The position numbers and the translations under genes are program-made. Of a stretch of 64,000 nucleotides of DNA, positions 46,764 to 56,178 are shown one piece after another. The notes below the pieces were generated by a model, which made no database searches, was not told the DNA's origin, and saw nothing but the letters and a program-made list of their open reading frames with translations. Location: positions 489-64,488 of the forward strand of contig CAZXBL010000001.1 in assembly GCA_964638875.1 (NCBI GenBank), in the 5' to 3' direction. Position 1 is the stretch's first letter; the number at the start of each line of letters is the position of its first letter. Source of the DNA: an uncultured Candidatus Saccharibacteria bacterium (GTDB lineage Bacteria; Patescibacteriota; Saccharimonadia; Saccharimonadales; JALRHH01).

Positions 46764-47120
46764 ATGGCACATGCACACCACGTAAATCGGGCAACCTACG
46801 TAGACACAGAACGGGGCGCTGAGCACGGCACGAGTGTAGCTGCGAGAATTGTTGGCCTTGTGGGCTATATAATATTTGCCTTGTTGGCATTTAGATTTGT
46901 ACTATCACTATTTGGGGCAAACCGCGGTAATCCGTTTGCAGATTTTATTTACGATGTAAGTCATCCGCTGGTGACACCATTCTTTGGGTTGTTTAATTAC
47001 ACGCCACAATTTGGTATTTCTCGGTTCGAGTTCGAAACACTGATCGCCATGCTATTCTATGGAATTGTTATTGGCATCATAGTCCGCGCCCTCACTGTTG
47101 GTCGCCGAGACCCAGTTTAA
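46764..47120 (+). CDS. YggT-family membrane protein
   Basis: Two TM helices and a YggT-like conserved stretch. Confidence 0.55.
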   Translation: MAHAHHVNRATYVDTERGAEHGTSVAARIVGLVGYIIFALLAFRFVLSLFGANRGNPFADFIYDVSHPLVTPFFGLFNYTPQFGISRFEFETLIAMLFYGIVIGIIVRALTVGRRDPV

Positions 47121-47139
47121 TTTGTCCCCCACCAACCAA

Positions 47140-47172
47140 AACAGCCCCTATTTATGGGGGCTGTTTTAGATT
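47140..47172. terminator. Bidirectional rho-independent terminator
   Basis: AAACAGCCCCC-TATTTAT-GGGGGCTGTTTTAG between convergent genes. Confidence 0.75.
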
Positions 47173-47181
47173 TTAGAAGTG

Positions 47182-47454
47182 TTACTTTTTCTTGGTTGTT
47201 TGCTTGACTGCCTTCTTTGCAGGAGCCTTCTTTGCGACTGTTTTCTTCTTGGCTACCGCTTTTTTAGCGGGAGCACGCTTTTTGGTTGGTCGCACGATCT
47301 TAGCCCGAGCCGACCTACCGTTATGTTGCTGAATACGGTCCCAGAGTAGGTAAATTGCCACCCCGCCAGCAATAAAGAATGACACTATACATACGTAGTA
47401 CGCAAGGTCAGCCGTAGCGCTGCTGGCCGCCACTGTCTGTGCAATTGTAATCAT
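47182..47454 (-). CDS. Small membrane protein with Lys/Ala-rich C-terminal tail, hypothetical
   Basis: One TM helix followed by the KKAVAKKKTVAKKAPAKKAVKQTTKKK tail. Confidence 0.4.
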   Translation of the reverse strand: MITIAQTVAASSATADLAYYVCIVSFFIAGGVAIYLLWDRIQQHNGRSARAKIVRPTKKRAPAKKAVAKKKTVAKKAPAKKAVKQTTKKK

Positions 47455-47533
47455 AAGCGTTATTGTACACTTTTAACCCTCCAGCGAAAACACTTTTAAA
47501 AGTCAGCTATCCACATCTGTTAGAATTAAACCT

Positions 47534-48349
47534 ATGACTTATAGTGAATTTATAGAGGCCACACTTAAAAGTGCTGGTCAAATTGCAGTAGCTAAGTTCG
47601 GGAATGTGAAACCCCTCACCAAGCCAGGTGATAATAACCAAGTTCTTACCGAGGCAGACTTAGCAATCGGTGAGTACATAGTTCAAGAAATCGAGAAAGT
47701 GTTCCCTAGCCACAATATAATTGATGAAGAGGCCGGGGCAATACAAAAGCACTCGACATTTACGTGGGTGGTTGACCCCATTGAAGGTACAAGTAACTTT
47801 GCAAGCGGATCAGAGGACTACGGCATAATGGTTGGATTACTGGAAGGTGCCACTCCAATCGCGGGCGGTATAATTCTGCCCTCGCAGAGAAAAATTTATC
47901 TTGCAGAAAAGGGTAAAGGAGCCTTCAAAAATCACCAGCCCATCCATGTTACTGAGGAGACAGACCTACTAAAGAAATTAGTATCCTATGGTATTGATGG
48001 CTACCAGGACAACCCAGAGCATACCCGGAGAGAGGGAAGGCTAGTTGCTGAAGTAGTACTCTCGATTCAAAACCTACGTAATGCCGGGTGCGAGGCAATA
48101 GACAGTATGCGGGTCGCTGAAGGTATCTATGGCGGTAGAATCAATATGACATCTAAAATTTGGGACAATGTAGCACCGCATATAATTATTGAAGAAGCCG
48201 GAGGCGTATGGACAGATATAGATGGTAACTCTATAGATTACAGTGAGCCACTTACGCGCATAGATCACAATTTCACAAATTGCGTTGGCAGTCCAGTGTT
48301 ACACGATTCCCTCATGAAAATTATCAAACAGTGGCAACCTCAAGCCTAG
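47534..48349 (+). CDS. suhB: Inositol monophosphatase family protein
   Basis: IMPase motifs WVVDPIEGTSNFASG and WDNVA. Confidence 0.85.
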   Translation: MTYSEFIEATLKSAGQIAVAKFGNVKPLTKPGDNNQVLTEADLAIGEYIVQEIEKVFPSHNIIDEEAGAIQKHSTFTWVVDPIEGTSNFASGSEDYGIMVGLLEGATPIAGGIILPSQRKIYLAEKGKGAFKNHQPIHVTEETDLLKKLVSYGIDGYQDNPEHTRREGRLVAEVVLSIQNLRNAGCEAIDSMRVAEGIYGGRINMTSKIWDNVAPHIIIEEAGGVWTDIDGNSIDYSEPLTRIDHNFTNCVGSPVLHDSLMKIIKQWQPQA

Positions 48350-48375
48350 GTGCCAGGGTGGGCTATACTTAGTGT

Positions 48376-48723
48376 ATGAGTGATCTGGACGATCTAAGAA
48401 AACGAGTAGTTGAATTTCGGGATGCACGAGATTGGAAACAGTTTCATAACCCTAAAGACATGGCTATTTCTCTCGCACTGGAAGCAGCAGAATTTCTAGA
48501 GCATTTTCAGTGGAAGTCCGATGCAGAGATATCAGCACATCTCAGTAAGCGGAAAGAAGAAGTTGAAGACGAGCTTGCAGACGTGCTTTACTGGGTGCTC
48601 CTCATTGCAAACGACCTAGATGTTGATCTAAAGAAAGCATTTACCAAGAAGTTAGAGAAATCTGCCGCTAAATACCCCATAGAGAAGTCCAAGGGGAAGC
48701 ACACGAAATATACCGAACTGTAA
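48376..48723 (+). CDS. MazG-like nucleotide pyrophosphohydrolase (all-alpha NTP-PPase)
   Basis: EAAEFLEHFQWK and EELADVLYWVL motifs. Confidence 0.75.
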   Translation: MSDLDDLRKRVVEFRDARDWKQFHNPKDMAISLALEAAEFLEHFQWKSDAEISAHLSKRKEEVEDELADVLYWVLLIANDLDVDLKKAFTKKLEKSAAKYPIEKSKGKHTKYTEL

Positions 48724-48777
48724 GTACTAGGAAGAATACTTGCCGGGAAACTTAAACTATATATGGGCCGACTTTGT

Positions 48778-49425
48778 CTACTGCTTGGCTTCTACTATTA
48801 CGCGGTCAGATTTAGCCGCGTTAGGTTTGAAGATGATGTACTGAGTGCCAGTTTCGACAGGGACTTCAAAGGTAACATCCCCTGATACTTTTCCGCCTGC
48901 AATCAAGTCACCTGAACTCAAATCGTTCGTACCACCGATATATATATCAAGAACTTGTCCACCAGAGGTTTGGATCCTGAAGTTAAACACATTGTATGGC
49001 TTTACTTCGTCACTGGTGTTTTCTATTGTGACGCTAGCAACGACGTATTGCTTGCCCTCTGGTGCTTTTATGAATTCGTTAACTGAGCTTGCGCGGTCAA
49101 TTGAGGCAACTGTTAGCTTGAGTCCGTCCACTGTACCAGCTTCGCCTACGGCTACTTCAACATCATTCTTCTGCTTATCAGCACGGTCGTTAAACCTGTA
49201 GGTCTTTTCATCATTCTGAGAAGTACCATTACTATTGTTATTGCTACCGTTATTTCCAGAATCACCACCACCAGCGGCGCTTGCAACGATTGCGATGAGG
49301 ATTATTACCAGAATCGCGGTCATAATCTTGTGCCTAGCGAACCAATTTCTCTGGTCTGCACGACAATTCGGACACTTTTTAGCATTTTCATCGATTTCTG
49401 TTTGACAAGATTTGCACTTCTTCAT
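48778..49425 (-). CDS. Zinc-ribbon + TM + DUF4352-like extracytoplasmic domain protein
   Basis: The internal start MKKCKSC has an AAGGAGG SD 8 nt upstream. CxxC...CxxC ribbon, one TM helix, and a beta-rich C-terminal domain. Confidence 0.6.
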   Translation of the reverse strand: MKKCKSCQTEIDENAKKCPNCRADQRNWFARHKIMTAILVIILIAIVASAAGGGDSGNNGSNNNSNGTSQNDEKTYRFNDRADKQKNDVEVAVGEAGTVDGLKLTVASIDRASSVNEFIKAPEGKQYVVASVTIENTSDEVKPYNVFNFRIQTSGGQVLDIYIGGTNDLSSGDLIAGGKVSGDVTFEVPVETGTQYIIFKPNAAKSDRVIVEAKQ

Positions 49426-49568
49426 GTCCCATTCCTCCTTGAAAATATAATTAACCTTACATCCATGATCTTCCTGTATTAGAGATAATGCAAGCATAAA
49501 TAAAATGATCTCAAGAATGCTTGAGATCAAAAACGATTATGGTTGGTGGGGGTGGTTGGACTTAGTAT

Positions 49569-50033
49569 TTAGTCTTTTGCAAAATAGCCACGGAGCATAT
49601 CGGCAAACTTTAGGCGGGACACAGCATCTACAAATTCGGTTTTTTCGTGGTTGAGATACAGGTGGTCATTCGGATAACGAGGGAAGACGTGTGCGTGGAA
49701 GTGCCATACATCTTGGTTGCCACTAGGCTCATTGTGCTGTCTGGTGGAAACTCCGTCACATTTGTACTCTTGCTTCATGGCAAGGGCTATCTGCTTCACA
49801 ATTCTGTAAATCTCGGACAAAGCATCATCAGGGGTATCATAAATATTTTCAAAATGAGTGTTTGGAATAACAATTACGTGACCGGGGTTTTCAGCCCACC
49901 ACTTAGGAGATATAAAGGCTGTTACTGATTCGTTACGGTAAACTATATCATTTTGGTTTGTGTGGTTATCCTCACCGCCTTGAGCAATCTTGCAAAACGG
50001 ACATTGGTAGTCGGGCGGTTGATGATTGTACAT
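49569..50033 (-). CDS. HIT-family (histidine triad) nucleotide hydrolase
   Basis: HIT motif HFHAHVFPR and an N-terminal CPFCKI. Confidence 0.85.
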   Translation of the reverse strand: MYNHQPPDYQCPFCKIAQGGEDNHTNQNDIVYRNESVTAFISPKWWAENPGHVIVIPNTHFENIYDTPDDALSEIYRIVKQIALAMKQEYKCDGVSTRQHNEPSGNQDVWHFHAHVFPRYPNDHLYLNHEKTEFVDAVSRLKFADMLRGYFAKD

Positions 50034-50088
50034 GATTTCTATTTTACCTGACTTACTATTCTCAAATTATAAATGGCAAAAGATCTTA

Positions 50089-50164
50089 TGGTGGGGGTGG
50101 TAGGAATCGAACCTACTACCAAGTGGTTATGAGCCGCCTGCTCTAACCGATGAGCTACACCCCC
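50089..50164 (-). tRNA. tRNA-Met (anticodon CAT; could alternatively be a tRNA-Ile2 lysidine substrate), CCA encoded
   Basis: Reverse complement is GGGGGTGTAGCTCATCGGTTAGAGCAGGCGGCTCATAACCACTTGGTAGTAGGTTCGATTCCTACCACCCCCACCA. The cloverleaf has a 7-bp acceptor stem, GCTC/GAGC D stem, CTCATAA anticodon loop, and a GTAGG/CCTAC T stem with a TTCGATT loop. Confidence 0.85.
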
Positions 50165-50357
50165 TCCAGAAAATCTTTTTATCAAAGAACTGCTCTAGTC
50201 ACGTCCCGCGACCCCGCGACTTCTGCCATGAAACAAGTTTTCAGGTGAAGGTCGCCTTGCAAACTGCCACAGGCAGTTCTCACACTGAGCTACACCCCCT
50301 ATTGTCAACGAGGTTAACAGAGGAGAGTATAGCATCTCATGTATAATATTCGAAGCT

Positions 50358-50807
50358 ATGATTGATAAAATCAAAAAATATTACAACCATAACTTTATAC
50401 AGCAGTTCAAGGATGTACGTTTTGCTGGTTTTGTGGTGTTTGGTATTTTGGTGCTGTTAGTGACATGGAGCGGGATATCAGTTATCGAAACAAACTATGA
50501 ACTACAAAAGCAGGTTTCTAAACTGGAACAAGAAAACCAAGTTTCGGTGCTGGAAAACAACAACCTCAAACTCCAGAACGAATACTACAACAGCGACCAA
50601 TACTTAGAATTAACTGCTCGTAGGCAGTTTGGTAAGGGGCAGCCAGGCGAGAAACTATTACTCGTTCCTAAAAGTGTGGCGCTGAAGCACACAGTAGAGA
50701 TCCCACAGGAGGAACGAGCAGCTGCAGCGACTCCAACCTTAAAGAAGCCATTTGTCCAAAAGAACGTCGAAGCTTGGGTCAACTTCTTCACGCACAGCGG
50801 CAACTAA
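50358..50807 (+). CDS. FtsB/DivIC-like septum formation initiator (cell division coiled-coil protein)
   Basis: N-terminal TM helix followed by the leucine-zipper-like coiled coil ELQKQVSKLEQENQVSVLENNNLKLQNEY. Confidence 0.6.
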   Translation: MIDKIKKYYNHNFIQQFKDVRFAGFVVFGILVLLVTWSGISVIETNYELQKQVSKLEQENQVSVLENNNLKLQNEYYNSDQYLELTARRQFGKGQPGEKLLLVPKSVALKHTVEIPQEERAAAATPTLKKPFVQKNVEAWVNFFTHSGN

Positions 50808-52158
50808 GTCTGTTGTAGGCTCAAACCAAGCTGCAGAGCAATTCTACCAAGCAAGGTGGGGCTTGTAGTCTCGTCAGTAGCCATAACTGTACTCAGAGTC
50901 CATATTCTCCGTTCGTGGGTGCCTAATTCGTCTACGATACGATCGTTTATGAGATCTAGGTGACGCGAAACAAACTCTTCACCCAAAGTCATACTAATAA
51001 TTTGCGTAATACGTTCGAGGCTCGGTTCGATCTTCGTCAGTTGTAGCAGCTCAACAACCGCGTTGATTACAGCATCGACCTGTTCTTCTGTCACCTCTAA
51101 CGCTGATTCAAGGGTTTCTTTGATGTCCGCGACAGCCTCTACGAATGTCTCTGTTACTTGCTTAGCTTCCTCTTTATTAGTTTCCACATCTAATAAATCG
51201 ATAAATGTCTCTATCTGGTCTTGTAGATTCTTTTCGCTTTGGTCCTCATTGGTAACTGAATCTATAAACTCTTCAAAAAACTCAGGAAGTAGTTCTTCTT
51301 GCCGTTCTACATTTATTTCGACCACTTCAGGCATTTTGGGTTCATACGGTGGCTCTGTGATATCTTGATCGTGTTTAGCTGCAATAACTTCATCTCTTTC
51401 TGTATCAGGAGTCTCAGAGCTAAGATCTGCCGTGATTATGTCGGCTGGCAGAATGACTACTTCGTTTACACTATCGGCTGTATTCTCTTTTTCTGGCACT
51501 GAAGTATGATGGAAAACTTTTACCTGTGGAGGAAAAAAATTTTCAACTGGTGAAGGGGGCTCCACGATTTCATTAGCTATGATGACATGTGAGGTCTCTA
51601 TCGAAACCGGCTGAGGGGGAATAGCAGGAGACTGTTCATGAACCAGCTTAGTAAGCTCGGTTGCTGTCTCCAGAGGAATCTCGACTTTTAGCTGGGGTAC
51701 AGGTAGGGAGGTTTCAACCACAGGCTCTTCACTAGCAGCGAAAAGTTCTCGAGCTACAGCCTCACGGTTACTTTCAGCCAAAACAAAAGTTGCCTTTTCG
51801 GAGGTAATTGCTTCAGGTTTTTTAGAAATTAACTGATCTGTGGCTGTTGGCCCTGAGAGGGGCTCATCAATTTTTTTTTATCTTCCGCCAGGGCATCGGG
51901 CACTTCATCGCTATGCAAACCCACAATACTTTCGTTTTCATCGCGTACTAGGGCAGATCCACCTAAGATTGTTAGCGCTTGCTCGTCATCCATGCCGCTC
52001 TCAGCCAATAGCGAGTGGCTAGTAGCCATACCCCCAATGAATTTCTGGCCAATTTCAAGCTTACTGAATTCAGCAACAGTCATTTCTTCTTCACTTGCAC
52101 CAACGGGGCATCTAAGGCGTACGTTGCCAAATTGTTCTACGAACGTGTCCATACTCAT
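50804..52158 (-). CDS. Acidic (Glu-rich) hypothetical protein, apparently split into 109-aa and 325-aa ORFs by a 1-nt frameshift at an A9 tract (51871-51879)
   Basis: ORFs 51829-52158 and 50804-51781 are adjacent on the same strand. The upstream ORF stops 3 codons after an AAAAAAAAA run. Reading the run as A10 gives one uninterrupted ORF (...AEDKKKIDEPLSGPTATDQLISKKPEAITSEKATFVLAESNREAVAREL...). Confidence 0.5.
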
Positions 52159-52232
52159 AATGCTTATACTATAACAGACAGCATACTAAATGAGCGACCG
52201 AAGCCGCTCATTTTTTGTTTATTTATGAACTG

Positions 52233-52799
52233 TTATTTTTTATCACTGCCTTTGAGGGCTGATTCAATGACATCACGTGGTAATGCTGCTGCTGATAGCA
52301 GGGCACTACGTACGGTTTCGACGGCACTGCCACCAACGGTGGTTGCGGCGTCTAATGCGCCTCCTACGGCAGCTTTAGCTGCTTCAGAGGTGTTTGAACC
52401 TACCTCTCCGGCAGTTTTGATAGCTCCTTGGACTGCGCCGACGGCTGCTTGCCCAACGTCCTTGCCGGTTTCTGCTGCTGCGCTAACGATACCTTGCGCA
52501 CCGCCCCTAACCGCTGTTAGTACGTCGCCGCCTACCTGACTGACGCCATTAACGACACCGCTCATTGTGCTGGTAGCCGTGTCTGTAATAGAAGTGCCCA
52601 CTTGTCCCGCACCGCGAACAGCACCGCTCGCGATTGAGGCAACTGCCTCAACACCAGCTCCAGCTACCTCACCACCGCCCTTTAATAGGTCGACGACTTG
52701 GTCTTTTACGCTGTCCCTGATCGCATCAAGAATGTTATCTACGCCCTTAACAGCCGCTGCAACTGCATCCGTTGCTTCTTCGATAATCCTTGCTAACAT
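52233..52799 (-). CDS. Ala/Gly-rich protein built from ~11-residue amphipathic repeats (LEA/apolipoprotein-like), hypothetical
   Basis: AAGGAGGG SD before the ATG. It has repetitive A/G/V-rich 11-mers. The opposite-strand ORF 52015-52539 is a shadow. Confidence 0.55.
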   Translation of the reverse strand: MLARIIEEATDAVAAAVKGVDNILDAIRDSVKDQVVDLLKGGGEVAGAGVEAVASIASGAVRGAGQVGTSITDTATSTMSGVVNGVSQVGGDVLTAVRGGAQGIVSAAAETGKDVGQAAVGAVQGAIKTAGEVGSNTSEAAKAAVGGALDAATTVGGSAVETVRSALLSAAALPRDVIESALKGSDKK

Positions 52800-52891
52800 A
52801 AACCCTCCTTTTTTGTGGTTGTAGCCTCACTATAAGCTTTTTTTCAAAAAAGCACTAGCCAAATGTAACTATTTGTTGTTTCGTAAAGCTG

Positions 52892-53956
52892 TTAAAAGGC
52901 TTTACTGATCTGTCTGTGCCAGTTGCCGTCTCTGCCTATAGAAAAGCCAAGTCGTTGCGCAGGTACATCGTAAGCTCGTACAGCCATTTCTTTGCTTAGG
53001 TGGGGCTCGGTTTTATTTGCTGAAAAAATTGTTGTCCACTTGTTATTCTTGCCAGATTGTATACCAATGTTTGATATGCCTAGTTGTTTGGCGAGTTCCT
53101 CGGTGATATCTACCATAACCTTTTGCCAATCCAGGGTGGCTAGTCCTCTAGCCCCGACTGTCCCAGTAACGTATTCTTCGGTGTACCGCTTTTCAGGGTC
53201 AAGCCTTTTTGCCTGGACCCCTTGCAGTTGGTAGATTGTAAGCTCGTCTTGGTGAGAACGTGCCAAACCAACGGCAGCGTTAGGCTTGCCTTTATAATTC
53301 AGCACAAAACCGGTAGGAGCATCAAGCCATATAGAGTATGCGATAGTTGCATCACTTTCTGCATGGTAACCTTCTGCCGGTCCATCTGGCCTAAAGGAAC
53401 CGTTTACACTACGGATAGGAACTAAAGCATAATCATCTAGACGTTTTTCACTTAATTCAATGCCCGGTACTGCTGATTCAACCAGAATCTTTTTCAGATC
53501 TACTTTATCAAGTGCTCCACCTACCAGTTTCTCCATAAATAGGTACTGATCAAGTACGGTTTTACCTTTAGTGGTGAAGTTTCTTTGCCATTCCCATAGT
53601 CGACCTTTTTCGAACAAGCCTATATCAAAACTAGCATGTTTGGTTAGGCCTTTTTCAAATTTTTCCTTAGTGTCTGACACTCCAGCGTTAGCTGTAGCCC
53701 AGGCGAGCATTTCTAAGCCATAATTTTTAAAAACTACTTCGGCAGGCAAAGAGGTGATCACATGCTTGGCCTTAAACCATGCGTTCTGATCGCTATCTTC
53801 AAGCTCATCTAAAAAAGCAACAGGATCCTCTTGATCAACGATAATATCCGCGGCAACCAACATCTGCTCCAAAGGGAGCTCCCGTACCCACCGTTCATTA
53901 AACTGTTCCAGTACTTCCGGATCTGTATATAGTTCACTAGGAGCAACGACACTCAT
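52892..53956 (-). CDS. Hypothetical protein, possibly with an acyltransferase-like fold
   Basis: The start was moved to the internal Met MSVVAPSE, which has a TATAAT-like upstream sequence. No firm motif. Confidence 0.5.
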   Translation of the reverse strand: MSVVAPSELYTDPEVLEQFNERWVRELPLEQMLVAADIIVDQEDPVAFLDELEDSDQNAWFKAKHVITSLPAEVVFKNYGLEMLAWATANAGVSDTKEKFEKGLTKHASFDIGLFEKGRLWEWQRNFTTKGKTVLDQYLFMEKLVGGALDKVDLKKILVESAVPGIELSEKRLDDYALVPIRSVNGSFRPDGPAEGYHAESDATIAYSIWLDAPTGFVLNYKGKPNAAVGLARSHQDELTIYQLQGVQAKRLDPEKRYTEEYVTGTVGARGLATLDWQKVMVDITEELAKQLGISNIGIQSGKNNKWTTIFSANKTEPHLSKEMAVRAYDVPAQRLGFSIGRDGNWHRQISKAF

Positions 53957-54019
53957 ATATATAATTATACAATATAACCATATATATAGCAATAACAAAT
54001 GGCAAACTTAAGGTCGAGC

Positions 54020-54667
54020 TTAAATTTCTTTTAAGACTTCGCGTAAGTCATTGATAACGTAGTCTGGCTTTATGTCAGTATTGGCTTCTACGCCAGGGTG
54101 ATTATAGAAGTATGTTGTTCCTTGAGTGATCTCATTTAGGTCCATATCACTTTGTGAGTCACCAATAATGACAACTTGCTCAAAGTTTTTACCAACCAAA
54201 TAGTTCTTTAATGCATCCTTTTTATCGCCATGCTTCTCATGTGCGTTAACCCCTATAACCTTTTCATCAGAAAAGAATTTCTTGGCCCCGACTGCATTTA
54301 CGAACCATAAGAGGTCACTTGGACGTGTGTTAGATAGAATTATCTGATCATGCCCAGTTTTCTGGATAGCTTCTAAAACAGATAGGGAATGATCACTTGG
54401 CTTTATGTGTTTAGCGAGGATATCGAGATTCTTTTCAGCAAAGGTAAAACACGCAGCTTGCAGTGCCATGTGCTGCTCATGCGTCAGACCAGGAAGCAGT
54501 TTTTCAAAGTACTGAAACCACTTTAAACCGTAGTAATCTCTGTTGTTCTTCTCACTGAACCGTTCGACATAACCAGCTTCCTCGAGGACTCTATTTGAGA
54601 TATCAAGTACGGCTAAATCATTATCCTTCTCAAGCACTCCGTGAAAATCCCAAACAAATAGTTTCAT
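54020..54667 (-). CDS. HAD-superfamily hydrolase
   Basis: Motif I variant VWDFHGVL and motif III/IV IIGDSQSD. Confidence 0.65.
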   Translation of the reverse strand: MKLFVWDFHGVLEKDNDLAVLDISNRVLEEAGYVERFSEKNNRDYYGLKWFQYFEKLLPGLTHEQHMALQAACFTFAEKNLDILAKHIKPSDHSLSVLEAIQKTGHDQIILSNTRPSDLLWFVNAVGAKKFFSDEKVIGVNAHEKHGDKKDALKNYLVGKNFEQVVIIGDSQSDMDLNEITQGTTYFYNHPGVEANTDIKPDYVINDLREVLKEI

Positions 54668-54704
54668 CCGCTAATCATACCAAATAATTTGAGTAGGTCG
54701 GAGG

Positions 54705-55850
54705 TTAAGCTCGTGCGGGGGTAACTCTTGTACAGGCTAACGATACAAGTGCAGCCAAGACAAAGAGAATACTAAAACCAACTGAATGGGTGAAGATGGA
54801 TAGCAGCAAGAACACTAAAGCGAACAGAACAACATATGCAACATCACAAGCAATCTCCATGGAGAGTATGTATGACATACCCTTATTACGGGTATGTGCA
54901 TAATACGTACTCGTCCAGGGGTTTATTTGGTATCTAAAACAGATCATCCAGATGATATTTATGAAACTAATCATTACAGCTGATGCAGGCAGTAGTCGGA
55001 GCAGGTGAGCTATAAATGTCGCAATAGAACCCTCCATGAGCACCTTATGGGTACCAACATTATCATTTCTATTGCCAACAAATATCAAGAATACCACAGT
55101 ACCAAGAGCACCTATCGTCGTTACGATTCCGATGGAGGAGATATTTCCGAGCACAAGCGCAAGATACATTGGCCAGACAAACACCCCAATTGCGGAGTGA
55201 AAATTAAAAGCAAAGTTAGCCAGTAAATCTCGTTTAGGCGCATGGGTGAGATTGTACTTTAGCTCTAGTTGGGGGATATGTCCGCCTGCTTCTCTGTCTA
55301 TATCTCTCAGCCAGAAAACGCTGCCAGCAATACTCGCTATTGCAAGGTAAAGCGGCCACTGTTCGTTCAGCACAAGCGCTAAAACAGCAGACACTGCGGG
55401 TGCCAGGCTCGCAGCAATCATATCAGCAGAATCTATTCGAGCTATATCTTTGCCTTTGCGCTCCATATTGATAACGCGTGAAATGTGGATATGTTGAGCA
55501 TTCCACTGAAAAGCATTTGTGACTGCAAGCATACAAGCCATAAGCCAGACCATCTCCAGAGGTTTGCCACTGACTATAGCGACCAGGCAAAGTAGGTAAG
55601 CTACGTAGGCTACACGCGCAATAATCAATGAAAGACGTGCGCCAAAACGGTTAGTAAGTCGCATGGTTTGATAGTTAATGATCAGTTTAAACGTGGCGTA
55701 AACCAGGTAGAACCCGCTAACCTCAAGTATTGAAAAGCCTCTTTGAATCAAGAGTAAAGGAACGAAGACTTCTATTAACGCCCCACCGAAATGTCTTAAT
55801 GTATTTGCAACAGTGATGTTAACGAGATCTTTGTGTAGTAATGACTTCAT
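54705..55850 (-). CDS. MFS-like multi-pass membrane transporter
   Basis: 10-12 TM helices. Confidence 0.6.
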   Translation of the reverse strand: MKSLLHKDLVNITVANTLRHFGGALIEVFVPLLLIQRGFSILEVSGFYLVYATFKLIINYQTMRLTNRFGARLSLIIARVAYVAYLLCLVAIVSGKPLEMVWLMACMLAVTNAFQWNAQHIHISRVINMERKGKDIARIDSADMIAASLAPAVSAVLALVLNEQWPLYLAIASIAGSVFWLRDIDREAGGHIPQLELKYNLTHAPKRDLLANFAFNFHSAIGVFVWPMYLALVLGNISSIGIVTTIGALGTVVFLIFVGNRNDNVGTHKVLMEGSIATFIAHLLRLLPASAVMISFINIIWMICFRYQINPWTSTYYAHTRNKGMSYILSMEIACDVAYVVLFALVFLLLSIFTHSVGFSILFVLAALVSLACTRVTPARA

Positions 55851-56155
55851 GATTTAGATTTGAGGGGGCGTTTCCTTTTTTCGTATTCTACGGTGAAGAA
55901 GGAGCCTAGCGCGGCACCTATTGCTATCGGAATAATGTACAGATAGTTAGAGACAATTGCTGCGATTTCGACTGCCAAAGTTATGTACAGAATGAAGGTG
56001 ACGGACGCGGATTTTAAGGATTTATGCTGTGTTAGTGAAAAGGTCAGGGAAGAATCCAGCATCTCGACCATCAAATAGAAAAGGAACAGCCCAATTGCCC
56101 ATAGAAAACTAAAATCCCACCAAGCTTCGGTCAGCGACATTAGCTCTATATTCAT
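55847..56155 (-). CDS. Small 3-TM membrane protein, hypothetical
   Basis: Hydrophobic ORF overlapping the downstream start by 4 nt. Confidence 0.4.
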   Translation of the reverse strand: MNIELMSLTEAWWDFSFLWAIGLFLFYLMVEMLDSSLTFSLTQHKSLKSASVTFILYITLAVEIAAIVSNYLYIIPIAIGAALGSFFTVEYEKRKRPLKSKS

Positions 56156-56178
56156 GTAGCTATCATAACAAAGTCATG

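Noticed and set aside
50165-50301. Possible second tRNA gene upstream of tRNA-Met, because the 5' 14 nt are duplicated
   Set aside because: The duplicated segment cannot be folded into a cloverleaf. GCTC has no properly spaced GAGC partner, and there is no anticodon or T arm. I therefore treated it as a partial duplicate and reported it as a finding, not as a tRNA feature.
52015-52539. 174-aa Ala/Pro/Thr-rich ORF on the plus strand
   Set aside because: It is antisense to the Ala/Gly-rich gene, which has a strong SD (AAGGAGGG) and a terminator-like context. GC-rich repetitive DNA generates open frames on both strands.
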